Part shown: piece after piece, positions 18,458-27,692 of the stretch
Layout: every line of letters starts with the position of its first letter
Numbering within the stretch: the stretch's first letter is position 1
DNA from: Alphaproteobacteria bacterium
GTDB taxonomy: Bacteria > Pseudomonadota > Alphaproteobacteria > RF32 > CAG-239
Assembly: GCA_045639065.1 (NCBI GenBank)
Contig: JAZUCK010000023.1
Location: 30,429-94,428, forward strand
DNA length: 64,000 nucleotides
Reading direction: 5' to 3'
The notes under the pieces: model-generated
The model's database searches: none
What the model was told of the DNA's origin: nothing
Seen by the model: only the letters and a program-made list of their open reading frames with translations
Translations under genes and position numbers: made by a program

Positions 18458-19934
18458 CATAAACAACATTATTTCAAGTTTAAATATCACCGATAATAAG
18501 CAAACATTGCAGTTATCTGAAATTTCAAATGAATTAAAACAAGCCATACAAACTCATAAAAGCGGAATGCTGGAAGTTATAGCAAAATCTGAAGGTCTTG
18601 AATTTATTTTGCAATTAGGTGACAAAAATTTTTCAATAAATTTAAAAAACAACCTAAATTTACCATTAGAATTAGGTCAAAAAACAGAAATACCGATAAA
18701 AATAAATTCAACCGGAAAAATTTTTCCTGATTTGTTTTTATTAAAAGAGCAAACAGGTATGTCAAAATCGGAAATAGTAATCGAAACAAAAGAAAATTTT
18801 GCCTCTAAACCACCAATGACATCGATAAAGCTACAGAATTTTGTTGAACAAAATATCAAAGAGTTTTCGCTAGATGACAATACCAAGCAGCAGTTATTAC
18901 AAATTGCCAAAGACATTGATGTAAGCTTAGCTAAAATAGGCAGCCTGCCGCAAAATGAAGTAGATATTAAAAGTTTACAAAACATAATCAAAGAAATTGC
19001 CTCAAATCCTCAAAAATTAGATGTTCTAAAACCACGATTGGAACAAATTATAAATAGCTTTGTAGGTAAACAGTTGGGTGGTGAAATAATAAATAAAATA
19101 AATCAATTATATGTTGTCAAAACCCCATTAGGCGATACTTATTTTTCATCAGATATCAAAATTCCTTTATCTGAAAAAGTAACTTTAGATATAAATGCTA
19201 GTACACCAGCAATTGAACAAAAAATAAAAATAATGGATGAATTTTTGAAAAATATATTGCCGGAACATAAGTCTTCATCAAATATTGAAGCTCTACTTAA
19301 AGAAACATCGATAAAATCATTTATGGAGATTGCAAAAAATATCGATAGACAGTCCCTTACGATAATAACTTCTAAATTACCTTTTCAAAAAGACAACCTT
19401 CTTGAAAATATATATAATTTGTATAAGGGAATTGTAAATAAAGATATTACACAATGGTTGGGACGAGAAGCAATTCAAGAAATTTTATCAGATAATATAA
19501 ACGGGCAAAAAAACATCGCAGAGCTTAGCAATTTGTTGCAAAATTCTCTAAAAGAAACAGCTTCTTGGCGAATTATCGAAATGCCTTTTTATGATGGCTC
19601 ACAATTATCAGCTCTAAAAATTGCCATAAAAAAAGATAAGCAACAAAAAGATAAAAATAAGGAGAAGAAAGTAACAAGATTTGTTGTAGATACCGAATTT
19701 TCAAGATTGGGCAAATTTCAATTTGACGGTTTTTCAAAGGTTGAAACTCGTAGCCTTGATTTAATAATAAGAACAAGCGAAAAAATTTCTGATGATCTTT
19801 ATACAAATATTATCAATTTATTTAAGAAATCATTATATGATTTGAGTTATTCCGGTACCATAAAAATAAATAGTGCTGAAAATTTTATAAATTTTAATGA
19901 CGAAAATACCATTACAGAAGGGGTTTATATATAG
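18441..19934 (+). CDS. hypothetical protein in the flagellar cluster (Asn/Lys/Ile-rich)
   Basis: 497-aa ORF overlapping the upstream gene by 17 nt, suggesting translational coupling. No family recognised. The C-terminal segment loosely resembles the FliK C-terminal pattern. Confidence 0.55.
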   Translation: MSNSININNIISSLNITDNKQTLQLSEISNELKQAIQTHKSGMLEVIAKSEGLEFILQLGDKNFSINLKNNLNLPLELGQKTEIPIKINSTGKIFPDLFLLKEQTGMSKSEIVIETKENFASKPPMTSIKLQNFVEQNIKEFSLDDNTKQQLLQIAKDIDVSLAKIGSLPQNEVDIKSLQNIIKEIASNPQKLDVLKPRLEQIINSFVGKQLGGEIINKINQLYVVKTPLGDTYFSSDIKIPLSEKVTLDINASTPAIEQKIKIMDEFLKNILPEHKSSSNIEALLKETSIKSFMEIAKNIDRQSLTIITSKLPFQKDNLLENIYNLYKGIVNKDITQWLGREAIQEILSDNINGQKNIAELSNLLQNSLKETASWRIIEMPFYDGSQLSALKIAIKKDKQQKDKNKEKKVTRFVVDTEFSRLGKFQFDGFSKVETRSLDLIIRTSEKISDDLYTNIINLFKKSLYDLSYSGTIKINSAENFINFNDENTITEGVYI

Positions 19935-21065
19935 ATGAAAGACGCTCTTGGTTATTACGAAGTTTTGCAAGTATCGACAGATGCCGATTTTGAAACTATT
20001 AAACATTCTTATCGTGATTTAGCCAAAATTTGGCATCCTGACAGCAATCATGATGAGAGGGCAACGGATATATTTCAAAAATTGTCAAGAGCATACGATG
20101 TCGTCGGAAATCCTCAAAACAGACTTGTTTATGATATATTATCATTAGTATATAATAAGGAAAATTATCCTGATATTGACTCAATAGCTCCATATTCTGA
20201 TGATGACGAAGGAGTAGATGTTTGTGTCGTCGATTTAACCGAGGTAATTTCAAAAATTATAGGTTATAAGCGCTCACAAAAATATAAAATCGCCACATAT
20301 AAAACAGCATTGAAATTGAATGCAAAGGTTTCACTGGTTAACTGGCTTATAGGTTGGTGGCACCATAAAGGATTATTCTTAAACATTAAAGCAATTAGCA
20401 ATAATTTTAAGAACCCTGTTTCCAAACAAGAAACATTAAAAATTATGCTTCACAATATGATAGCTTACGCTAAGACATCACAAAATATTTTATCGGCAAA
20501 ATGTGCTGTAAGAGCTAAGTCGATGCTTTCTGAGCAGGAGAGAAAACTTGTTGATGAATATATATCATCATTAAATGTTAAGGTTGCACCGCCAAAGAAA
20601 TGGAATGAACAGGGGTTAAAACTCAGTCAACTTATAGTTCCGACAGTATTGATTTTGGCATTGATTATACGTGTTTTTGGTGGAAATATTTCCGAAAGTG
20701 ATATGTGGAAATTATTTGAAAGAAAAGGCAGTATAAACTATTATCAGACAGTAAAGACAGGATATGGAGAGAGCGTTGATGATGTTGTTGTCGGTAAAGT
20801 TATTTCTATACCGGTAAATAAATCAGATGATTCGCAATTATATCATTTGGTTGAAGATACAAAAATTATGTATGGTCCGTCTGATGATTTTGATGTAATG
20901 AAGAATATAAGTGAAGGTACAACCGTTCGACTGACGGGTATTACTCCCGATAAGAAATGGGCCAGAATTATGATTGATAACGGAGAAACAGGATTCGTTC
21001 ACCATGATGTCATAAAACAAGGTATCGGAAATGAAATACCCTATGAAAGCTCAATTATAGAGTAA
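19935..21065 (+). CDS. J-domain membrane protein with an SH3-like C-terminus
   Basis: N-terminal DnaJ J-domain (YYEVLQVSTDADFETIKHSYRDLAKIWHPDSN). Central hydrophobic segment (LIVPTVLILALIIRVF). C-terminal WARIMIDNGETGFVHHDVI resembles bacterial SH3. Confidence 0.7.
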   Translation: MKDALGYYEVLQVSTDADFETIKHSYRDLAKIWHPDSNHDERATDIFQKLSRAYDVVGNPQNRLVYDILSLVYNKENYPDIDSIAPYSDDDEGVDVCVVDLTEVISKIIGYKRSQKYKIATYKTALKLNAKVSLVNWLIGWWHHKGLFLNIKAISNNFKNPVSKQETLKIMLHNMIAYAKTSQNILSAKCAVRAKSMLSEQERKLVDEYISSLNVKVAPPKKWNEQGLKLSQLIVPTVLILALIIRVFGGNISESDMWKLFERKGSINYYQTVKTGYGESVDDVVVGKVISIPVNKSDDSQLYHLVEDTKIMYGPSDDFDVMKNISEGTTVRLTGITPDKKWARIMIDNGETGFVHHDVIKQGIGNEIPYESSIIE

Positions 21066-21864
21066 TCTTAATAGCTTCAATATGGGTGGCTAATCCCGTC
21101 GTATCATCTGTTTCAATAAAAGTTCCGCAAACAGTTCCTTTTGCTGTAGCCGGTTCAAGACGGTGTGGTGAAAATTTGTCTTTTAGACGTTCAATCGGTG
21201 CTTTTGTATCAAATCCTATAACGCTATTATAATCTCCGCACATACCGGCATCAGTTTGATAAGCCGTTCCGTTTGGCAATATTCTATCATCAGATGTTGG
21301 GACATGGGTATGTGAACCTATAACAGCTGAAACTCTGCCATCAAAATAATATGCAAAGGATTGTTTTTCGGCAGTAGCTTCGGCATGAATATCTACAAAT
21401 ATCGCATCAATGTTCTTTCCTAGTTGAAAATCGTTTAATAAGGTTTCAAGAGCTTGAAGCGGACAGTCGACAGCCTCCATAAAAACACGACCGACCACTT
21501 CGGTAACAAGAATTTTTTTACCTGAGTCAACGGGAATCACTCTGGCACCAACACCGGCTAAATTGGCCGAGTGGTTAAGCGGACGCACAATTCGTTTGTT
21601 TTCATCTAAAAAAGGATAAATATCTTTTTGGTTCCATACATGATCGCCGGTAACCAAGGCATTAACACCGGCATCAAAAAGCTGATTACAAACTTTTGGA
21701 GTGCAACCGAAACCATGAGCTGCATTATCAACATTAGCAATCAAAACATCATATTTGTATGTTTGTTTTAATTGAGCAATAGAAGCTTTAACAGCCTCTC
21801 TGCCTGATTTTGCAACGATATCACCTAAATAAACTATTTTCAATTTTTCTATATCCCGTAACAA
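21055..21864 (-). CDS. YmdB-family metallophosphoesterase
   Basis: 269 aa. Motifs KIVYLGDIVAKSGREAV, GDHVWN and GSHTHVPT are typical of TIGR00282/YmdB-like phosphoesterases. Confidence 0.8.
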   Translation of the reverse strand: MLRDIEKLKIVYLGDIVAKSGREAVKASIAQLKQTYKYDVLIANVDNAAHGFGCTPKVCNQLFDAGVNALVTGDHVWNQKDIYPFLDENKRIVRPLNHSANLAGVGARVIPVDSGKKILVTEVVGRVFMEAVDCPLQALETLLNDFQLGKNIDAIFVDIHAEATAEKQSFAYYFDGRVSAVIGSHTHVPTSDDRILPNGTAYQTDAGMCGDYNSVIGFDTKAPIERLKDKFSPHRLEPATAKGTVCGTFIETDDTTGLATHIEAIKITL

Positions 21865-21877
21865 AAGCTAAAAAAGA

Positions 21878-21902
21878 AAACCCCGTTTCAGCAACGGGGT
21901 TA
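21878..21902 (-). terminator. rho-independent terminator (minus strand)
   Basis: Minus strand reads AACCCCGTT-GCTG-AAACGGGGTT followed by TTCTTTTTT. It would terminate the zapA/6S transcript. Confidence 0.75.
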
Positions 21903-22080
21903 AGCTTAGTAAAATAATCAGAAACCGTTTAGCCGTATAAGTACATTCTTGAAACGAACCGCGGGTCAATAAGTGGGTGCCATATAAACAGACCACGATC
22001 TGCTCAGCGACAGCTCCCTATAAAATAATGTTGGCTCGGAAGACCTGCTAAATTACGTACTACGCAGTCTCTGATGCACT
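21903..22080 (-). ncRNA. ssrS: candidate 6S RNA (ssrS)
   Basis: About 180-nt non-coding gap directly downstream of zapA on the same strand, which is the conserved ssrS position in proteobacteria. By eye the 5' arm (GCGTAGTA..TAAT..CAG..CCG..AGCC..ACATT) pairs colinearly with the 3' arm, giving an interrupted rod. It ends at a terminator. No covariance model was run. Confidence 0.5.
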
Positions 22081-22093
22081 TTATGTTTAAAGC

Positions 22094-22450
22094 TTATAAC
22101 AAATTTATTTCATTTGCAAGAGTTTTCAACGAATTGTTCAATTTTTTTATTGATGAAGCCAGTTCGTCGTCGATTCGCTTGAGAGATTCATTGTCAATAC
22201 CAAAAGTTGAAGAAGATTTATTGCCTTTTTTCAGCTCGCTCAATTCATCGGCTAATAACAAACCAACCATAGCAAGAAGCATACTTTCACTGATTTGATT
22301 TGCTCCTTCACCCAAAAGTTTTGCTTTTTCGTCAAGCATACGAGATAATTGCATAATATGAAGTTCTTGACCATCTTCACAAGCAATAGCATATTCTCTT
22401 GAATTGATAGTAATCGTAATTTGAGCCATAATCTTAAAGCACCTTATCAA
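22094..22450 (-). CDS. zapA: cell division protein ZapA
   Basis: 118 aa. The N-terminus ITITINSREYAIACEDGQELHIMQLSRMLDEK is typical of ZapA. Confidence 0.8.
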   Translation of the reverse strand: MIRCFKIMAQITITINSREYAIACEDGQELHIMQLSRMLDEKAKLLGEGANQISESMLLAMVGLLLADELSELKKGNKSSSTFGIDNESLKRIDDELASSIKKLNNSLKTLANEINLL

Positions 22451-22691
22451 TAAAGCTTGTTATGTTTTCTATTTTTTTCAAAGCATTTTCTGATGCTTTG
22501 GTTAAATTATTTATAGCGACATCTTTTTGTTTTAATAAATCAGAAGCGTTTTTTGAATTGTTCGAAATCTCATTTAGCTTAATTCTAATGCACGATTCTA
22601 ATTCAATCAAATCTTTGGATAATTCGCTTAAAGCTTCACGCGTATTGTTAAAATCAAAATTTTGATTATTCATTGTTGATTTTTCTTTCAC
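22434..22691 (-). CDS. small coiled-coil protein (DUF4164-like, upstream partner of zapA)
   Basis: 85-aa heptad-rich ORF overlapping the zapA start. Alphaproteobacteria typically carry a DUF4164 coiled-coil gene at this position. Confidence 0.5.
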   Translation of the reverse strand: MKEKSTMNNQNFDFNNTREALSELSKDLIELESCIRIKLNEISNNSKNASDLLKQKDVAINNLTKASENALKKIENITSFIDKVL

Positions 22692-22766
22692 TTTTAAAAA
22701 TATTGCAATATTATTGGTTACAAATAATAAACAACTGAATAACTTTTACAAGAGATAAAAAAAATT

Positions 22767-23258
22767 ATGCCAAATATTATATTACGAATTGAACGACAAG
22801 AAGATAAAATCATAAAAAATGACGATATTTGTTGTTATTGTTTGTCATCTGATATGCCAAAATCAAAATTTGACGAAGCTACGTCCTCGGGAAAAATGGT
22901 ATTGGTTGAAGGTAATAATGCCCTAGAAAAGTGTAAAGAATACAATTTAGATGGTGTGGTAAAACAAATTGATACATCAAAACCCCTTAAGGCTCAAGTT
23001 AAGTTTTTGCGAGAAGCCTTAAAGAAAAAAACTTTGGGCATCATAATTCCTGCACGCCGTCATGAAGCCATGTTGGCAGGAGAGGTTGAGCCCGAATTTA
23101 TCGCTTTTTATTCTGATGATAAAACCAAAGATGATGACATCATTTCGTGGTATAATGATTTGTTTTTAATACCTTTGGCTTGGCTGTGTGAAGCCTCAAT
23201 TGATGACAAAAAAACAGATAATGTCGATTTTATGATTGTTTCGGCAAAAGATTTTTAA
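22767..23258 (+). CDS. hypothetical protein
   Basis: 163-aa ORF with no competing frame. Family not recognised. Confidence 0.5.
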   Translation: MPNIILRIERQEDKIIKNDDICCYCLSSDMPKSKFDEATSSGKMVLVEGNNALEKCKEYNLDGVVKQIDTSKPLKAQVKFLREALKKKTLGIIIPARRHEAMLAGEVEPEFIAFYSDDKTKDDDIISWYNDLFLIPLAWLCEASIDDKKTDNVDFMIVSAKDF

Positions 23259-23341
23259 AAATTTTGGTTGCTAAAAAAAGAAGTTTATATTAGTTTGCTA
23301 AATAATATTGCTTTTTAGAACTTTTTAATAGGAGTAAAATA

Positions 23342-23905
23342 ATGAAACAACAAGCAGGTTCAATTCGTATTGGTTGGGTTATCGAATATAAAGGAAAACC
23401 TTGGACAGTTATTAAAACTAACTTTGTAAAACCGGGTAAGGGCGGTGCTTTTATGCAGGTTGAAATGAAGGCTGTTGAAGAAGGTACCAAAACTAATGAA
23501 CGTTTCCGTACCGAAGATATGGTTGAAAAGCTTATGGTTGAAACAAAAGATTGCCAATTCTTATATGAAGATGCCACAGGCTTGACCTTTATGGAAAGCG
23601 ATACTTACGAACAATTTGCCATGGCTTCGGATATCTTGGGCGATTCTCGCCCGTTTTTGGCAGATGGTATGGAAGTTAAAGTAAGCGTTATCGACGGTAA
23701 ACCGATTTCTGTAGAATTACCTTTGCAAGTTGTGTGCGAAGTTGTAGAAACAGAACCTGTTATTAAAGGTCAAACAGTTTCTTCATCATACAAACCGGCT
23801 ATTTTGGACAATGGCGTAAGAACAGCTGTTCCCCCGTTTGTCGGCGTTGGTGACAAAATTGTCGTTGCAACCGCAGATGCATCTTATGTTGAAAGAGCAA
23901 AATAA
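23342..23905 (+). CDS. efp: elongation factor P
   Basis: 187 aa. Contains KPGKGGAFMQVEMK and the three-domain EF-P pattern. Confidence 0.93.
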   Translation: MKQQAGSIRIGWVIEYKGKPWTVIKTNFVKPGKGGAFMQVEMKAVEEGTKTNERFRTEDMVEKLMVETKDCQFLYEDATGLTFMESDTYEQFAMASDILGDSRPFLADGMEVKVSVIDGKPISVELPLQVVCEVVETEPVIKGQTVSSSYKPAILDNGVRTAVPPFVGVGDKIVVATADASYVERAK

Positions 23906-24663
23906 TGTCGTATATATCAACTAACCTTAATATGTTAATGTCTGTTGCCAAAAAGGTATCCGGCGGTTTGGCAAGAGATTTTAATGAGTTGGAAAAACTC
24001 CAAACTTCTATCAAAGGTCATACCGAATTTACTAATGCGGCAAAAGAACGCACATTAAAAAATTTGCGAGCAGAGTTACAAAAATCTCGTCCGCAAATAC
24101 CTGTTGTCGCTGTCGGAGAAAAAGCACCAAAAGGAGCTTATTTCTTGGTTTCGGCTTTAGATGGTGAACTTAACTTTGTTCATGGTATTCCTTACTTTGC
24201 GATAAGTATTGCCGAAGTTGTTGATTCTCAAGTAATATCGGCAGTTGTTTATAATCCTGCAACATCAGATATGTACTTTGCCGAAAAAGGAAATGGTGCT
24301 TTTAAGGAAGGATATCGTAATCATGAACGTATGCGCGTATCAGCAAGAAAAGATTTGTCACAAGCACTGATTTCGGCTGATGATACATATTCCGCAAAGG
24401 TAGCTTCAACACGCAAATTTGGTGCAATAAGCTTAGATTTGGCTAATTTAGCTGCCGGTAAGTTAGATGGACTTATTTCGATGTCTAATGATCCTGCATC
24501 ATACGCTGCCGGAATTTTATTGATAAGAGAAGCCGGCGGACAAATTTTTGCTAAAGAGCAAAAAGATATCCGAACTGCCGACTTGGAACTTGTATTGGCA
24601 AGCGGTAATATTGTTGCAACAAACGCTGAATTAGGTAAAAATTTATTTGATTTGGTAAAATAA
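23905..24663 (+). CDS. suhB: inositol monophosphatase/SuhB-family protein with degenerate catalytic motifs
   Basis: Colinear with SuhB (NFVHGIPYFAISIA, GAISLDLANLAAGKLDG, LLIREAGG). The DPxDGT motif reads SALDGE and the WDxAAG motif reads ASYAAG. Confidence 0.75.
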   Translation: MSYISTNLNMLMSVAKKVSGGLARDFNELEKLQTSIKGHTEFTNAAKERTLKNLRAELQKSRPQIPVVAVGEKAPKGAYFLVSALDGELNFVHGIPYFAISIAEVVDSQVISAVVYNPATSDMYFAEKGNGAFKEGYRNHERMRVSARKDLSQALISADDTYSAKVASTRKFGAISLDLANLAAGKLDGLISMSNDPASYAAGILLIREAGGQIFAKEQKDIRTADLELVLASGNIVATNAELGKNLFDLVK

Positions 24664-24681
24664 TTATATTTGGAGGAAATA

Positions 24682-25569
24682 ATGCGTTTTGGAAAAATAG
24701 CTTTACTTAGTGCTTTTGTATATGCATCTGTTGCAAATGCTCAAGACGTTATGGTTGATTTGAGTGTGTTAGACGACTTGGATACACCTTATACAAGCGA
24801 ACTGAAACCATTATTTCCTGTGTTGTCAAAAAAGGCAGAAGTAAAGGTCAAAAAGCCCTTAAAGAAAAATACAAAGTCTTCAATAAGGCCAACAAGAAGA
24901 CATAAGCCTAAAAAGACAGTTGAACAGGTTAAGCCTTTAGATGCCGATGCGGTAGTTGTTGATGTTGAGCCTGTATCAGAACCGAAAAAAGTTCAACAAA
25001 ACATATCAAATCAAGAGGTTAAGCCAAAAATTATTGAAAAACAACAGCCGGTTGCAGAAGAGCCGAAGGCTGACAAGCCAAATGCTTTAAAAAATACTGT
25101 GATTCCGCAAAAGATTATTTATGAGCCAACAACTACCGATAATGCTCAAAAAAATATTGAAAACTCCGTAGTTGATAAACAAGACTCTCCTGAAAAATCG
25201 GAAATTGTCGGTGCCGAAATTGTTGCTCCAAAAGAAGAGTTGTTGATAAAAGAAAATGAAAAAAATATCAGAGAGGCTGAATTTATAAGATTTGAAAATG
25301 ATGTAGATGAACTAAATGAAGCTCAAATGCTTCAAGTAGATGCAATCGTTTCAAAATATAAAAACGGCCCCAAAAATAAAATAGCTATTTATTCATACAA
25401 CCTTGATGATGGTGTTGACAGCTTCAAAAGAAAGCGCATAAGTCTTAATCGTGCAGTAAATGTCAGAAGCTATTTGTTGAAAAAGGGATACAAGAATTTT
25501 AGTATCAAAGTAATAAATATAAATAACGTATCTGATAAGAAAAATATAGTAGAATTGCAAGAAATTTAA
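24682..25569 (+). CDS. OmpA-like C-terminal domain protein with signal peptide
   Basis: Signal peptide MRFGKIALLSAFVYASVANA. Pro/Lys-rich linker. C-terminus KRKRISLNRAVNVRSYLLKKGY is OmpA/MotB-like. GGAGG RBS sits upstream of the ATG at 24682. Confidence 0.7.
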   Translation: MRFGKIALLSAFVYASVANAQDVMVDLSVLDDLDTPYTSELKPLFPVLSKKAEVKVKKPLKKNTKSSIRPTRRHKPKKTVEQVKPLDADAVVVDVEPVSEPKKVQQNISNQEVKPKIIEKQQPVAEEPKADKPNALKNTVIPQKIIYEPTTTDNAQKNIENSVVDKQDSPEKSEIVGAEIVAPKEELLIKENEKNIREAEFIRFENDVDELNEAQMLQVDAIVSKYKNGPKNKIAIYSYNLDDGVDSFKRKRISLNRAVNVRSYLLKKGYKNFSIKVININNVSDKKNIVELQEI

Positions 25570-25665
25570 AAAAATATTTAAATAATGCTTGCGTTATTAA
25601 ATTCCTTAATGTATAAGGGTGTAAAATTTATCGCGTTTAACGTAAGAATCTAGGAGTTTTATAAG

Positions 25666-25902
25666 ATGAAAAAAGGAATTCATCCAGATTACCACGAAAT
25701 TACATATGTAATGACAGATGGTCAAAAATACACAACACGCTCTACAATGGGCAAAGCAGGTGATGTTATCAACTTGGAAGTTGATCCTAAATCTCACCCT
25801 GTATGGACAGGTGTTCGTCGTTTAGTAGACACAGGCGGACAATTGTCTAAGTTCAAGAACAAGTTTGGTGCTTTCGGTATCAAAACTGGTGATGCTGAGT
25901 AA
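25666..25902 (+). CDS. rpmE: 50S ribosomal protein L31 (Cys-less form)
   Basis: Starts [12 protein letters not shown], with TRSTMG and [10 protein letters not shown]. The CxxC zinc ligands are absent, as in many alphaproteobacteria. Confidence 0.9.
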   Translation: MKKGIHPDYHEITYVMTDGQKYTTRSTMGKAGDVINLEVDPKSHPVWTGVRRLVDTGGQLSKFKNKFGAFGIKTGDAE

Positions 25903-25936
25903 TTTAGTTATAGTTTAAATAACTTACGATTTATTA

Positions 25937-25964
25937 ACCTGCGCTTGTTATTATAAGCGCAGGT
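25937..25964 (+). terminator. rho-independent terminator after rpmE
   Basis: ACCTGCGCTT-gttattat-AAGCGCAGGT followed by GTTTTTA. Confidence 0.75.
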
Positions 25965-25989
25965 GTTTTTATTTAAAAGGTTAAAGCTT

Positions 25990-27591
25990 ATGGCAAAAAT
26001 AGCTCACTATGAAGTTTATGTTGATTCAGGAAGTGGTTGGCGTTTGATTGAAAGATTCGCTACAGACCAACGTCAAGAGGCGTATCGCTTAGCAAAAGAA
26101 TCTGAAAACGGTAATAATAAAGTAAAGATAATCAAAGAAACTTTTGAAATTGCGGATAATAGCTACGCTGAAGCTGTTGAATACATAAGTACCAAAAGTG
26201 GTGCTAAAAAAACACATAAGAGCTTAAAGGATATTGATTATCAAAAAGATTCTTCCGAAGTTGTTAAAGAAATTACATCAAGCCGTAATAACATATTTAA
26301 GGCGTTAGTTAAGTTCGTCGCTCTTGTTTTTGTAAGCTTGATTTTTGCCAATATATTTGTAAGTCTTATTTTTCCGCTTTTGGAAGTATTTGTAGGTGAT
26401 GATAATCACAATTCTATACTATTCTTTGTGTTCTTTATTGTTTTTATGGGAATAGCAATTCCATTGGTGTTAAAAAATATTCCTTGGTACATATTTGTAA
26501 AACAAGACAAAGATGAAAAAACAGATTTAGATGAAAAGCAGTTTTTTGATAAGGCAAAAACATTAGTAAAGGCTTTTAACATAAACTCTGATTTAAGTAA
26601 TTTAAGAACAAGTGCATATCCCGAAGCTCCGATAGAATACAAGCATTATCTTGTATACTACCTAAGTGAGATATTGTCGAATCTCGATGTTCAAAATGCT
26701 TTACAAACCCAATTTTCAAGACTTGGCGTAAAGTTTTTGGTTTTTGGCGGTTGTTTAGAATTGGGCAAATATGGTGATTTGAGTATGAGCGAAGCTAACT
26801 CAATTTTGTATGATGCTTTTAAAATTATTGATGGCGCATCAGCAGATTTAGAAGAGTTTTATGAAACAAAACAATCATACAGCGACAATAAAATAGCTAT
26901 ATATTTGGTGGGTGTAGGAGCATTCTTAATGCATCAAATAATACATGACAAAAAACTTTATACTAAAGTGCTTAATCGAGCATTTGATAAATGGGAAACC
27001 CAAAGGAATCCAAGTGTATACAATAAAAAAGACGAACCAAAGGTTCAAAAAGAAGAGAACAAATCTGAAAATATAGGTGTTTCTACAATTACTAAAAAAG
27101 AAGAAATATGCCTTGTTAGTATAAAAAGTGATTTAAAATTCTTAGATTCATCAGTTGAGGATCAGGAAGCTATCGCCGGAAATATCAGCACGGCAATCAG
27201 AACCATTATTGCAAACTTGATTCAAAAATATAATGGTCGCAATGTTTTGGAAAATAACGGCATTTCTTTCATAAATTTTGAAAAATTGCGTGATGCGGCA
27301 AAGTTTGCTATTGAGTACCTGAATGATATTAACACCTATGTTGAAGACAATAATGACGATAGATTGATATTGCGCAATTGCTGCGCACTTACTAAGGATA
27401 TGTACTCTGATGACAATGATAAATTGAAATATGTTAAAGATATATTTGAGCATGTTTACAATAATGAAATTGTTGTGGTTAAAGATTTTAATCAGGTTTT
27501 GGAAGGTGAGGGATATTCTCTCGAATTTTTAGGGGATAAAGCCCTAAAAGAAACAAAGGGTTCAGCCGAATTATACAAATTAAAATATTAA
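25990..27591 (+). CDS. hypothetical membrane protein
   Basis: Long ORF with 2-3 hydrophobic segments (ALVFVSLIFANIFVSLIFPLL, ILFFVFFIVFMGIAIPLVL). The start is moved to the ATG at 25990 because the upstream part of the ORF overlaps the rpmE terminator. Confidence 0.6.
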   Translation: MAKIAHYEVYVDSGSGWRLIERFATDQRQEAYRLAKESENGNNKVKIIKETFEIADNSYAEAVEYISTKSGAKKTHKSLKDIDYQKDSSEVVKEITSSRNNIFKALVKFVALVFVSLIFANIFVSLIFPLLEVFVGDDNHNSILFFVFFIVFMGIAIPLVLKNIPWYIFVKQDKDEKTDLDEKQFFDKAKTLVKAFNINSDLSNLRTSAYPEAPIEYKHYLVYYLSEILSNLDVQNALQTQFSRLGVKFLVFGGCLELGKYGDLSMSEANSILYDAFKIIDGASADLEEFYETKQSYSDNKIAIYLVGVGAFLMHQIIHDKKLYTKVLNRAFDKWETQRNPSVYNKKDEPKVQKEENKSENIGVSTITKKEEICLVSIKSDLKFLDSSVEDQEAIAGNISTAIRTIIANLIQKYNGRNVLENNGISFINFEKLRDAAKFAIEYLNDINTYVEDNNDDRLILRNCCALTKDMYSDDNDKLKYVKDIFEHVYNNEIVVVKDFNQVLEGEGYSLEFLGDKALKETKGSAELYKLKY

Positions 27592-27692
27592 CCTATGTAA
27601 ATAAGCAAAAAAAACTTGTATATTTGAAATAAAAAAACTATTCTTAAAAAAACATTTTTTAAGAACAATAGATTTATTGAAAGGATTTTATC

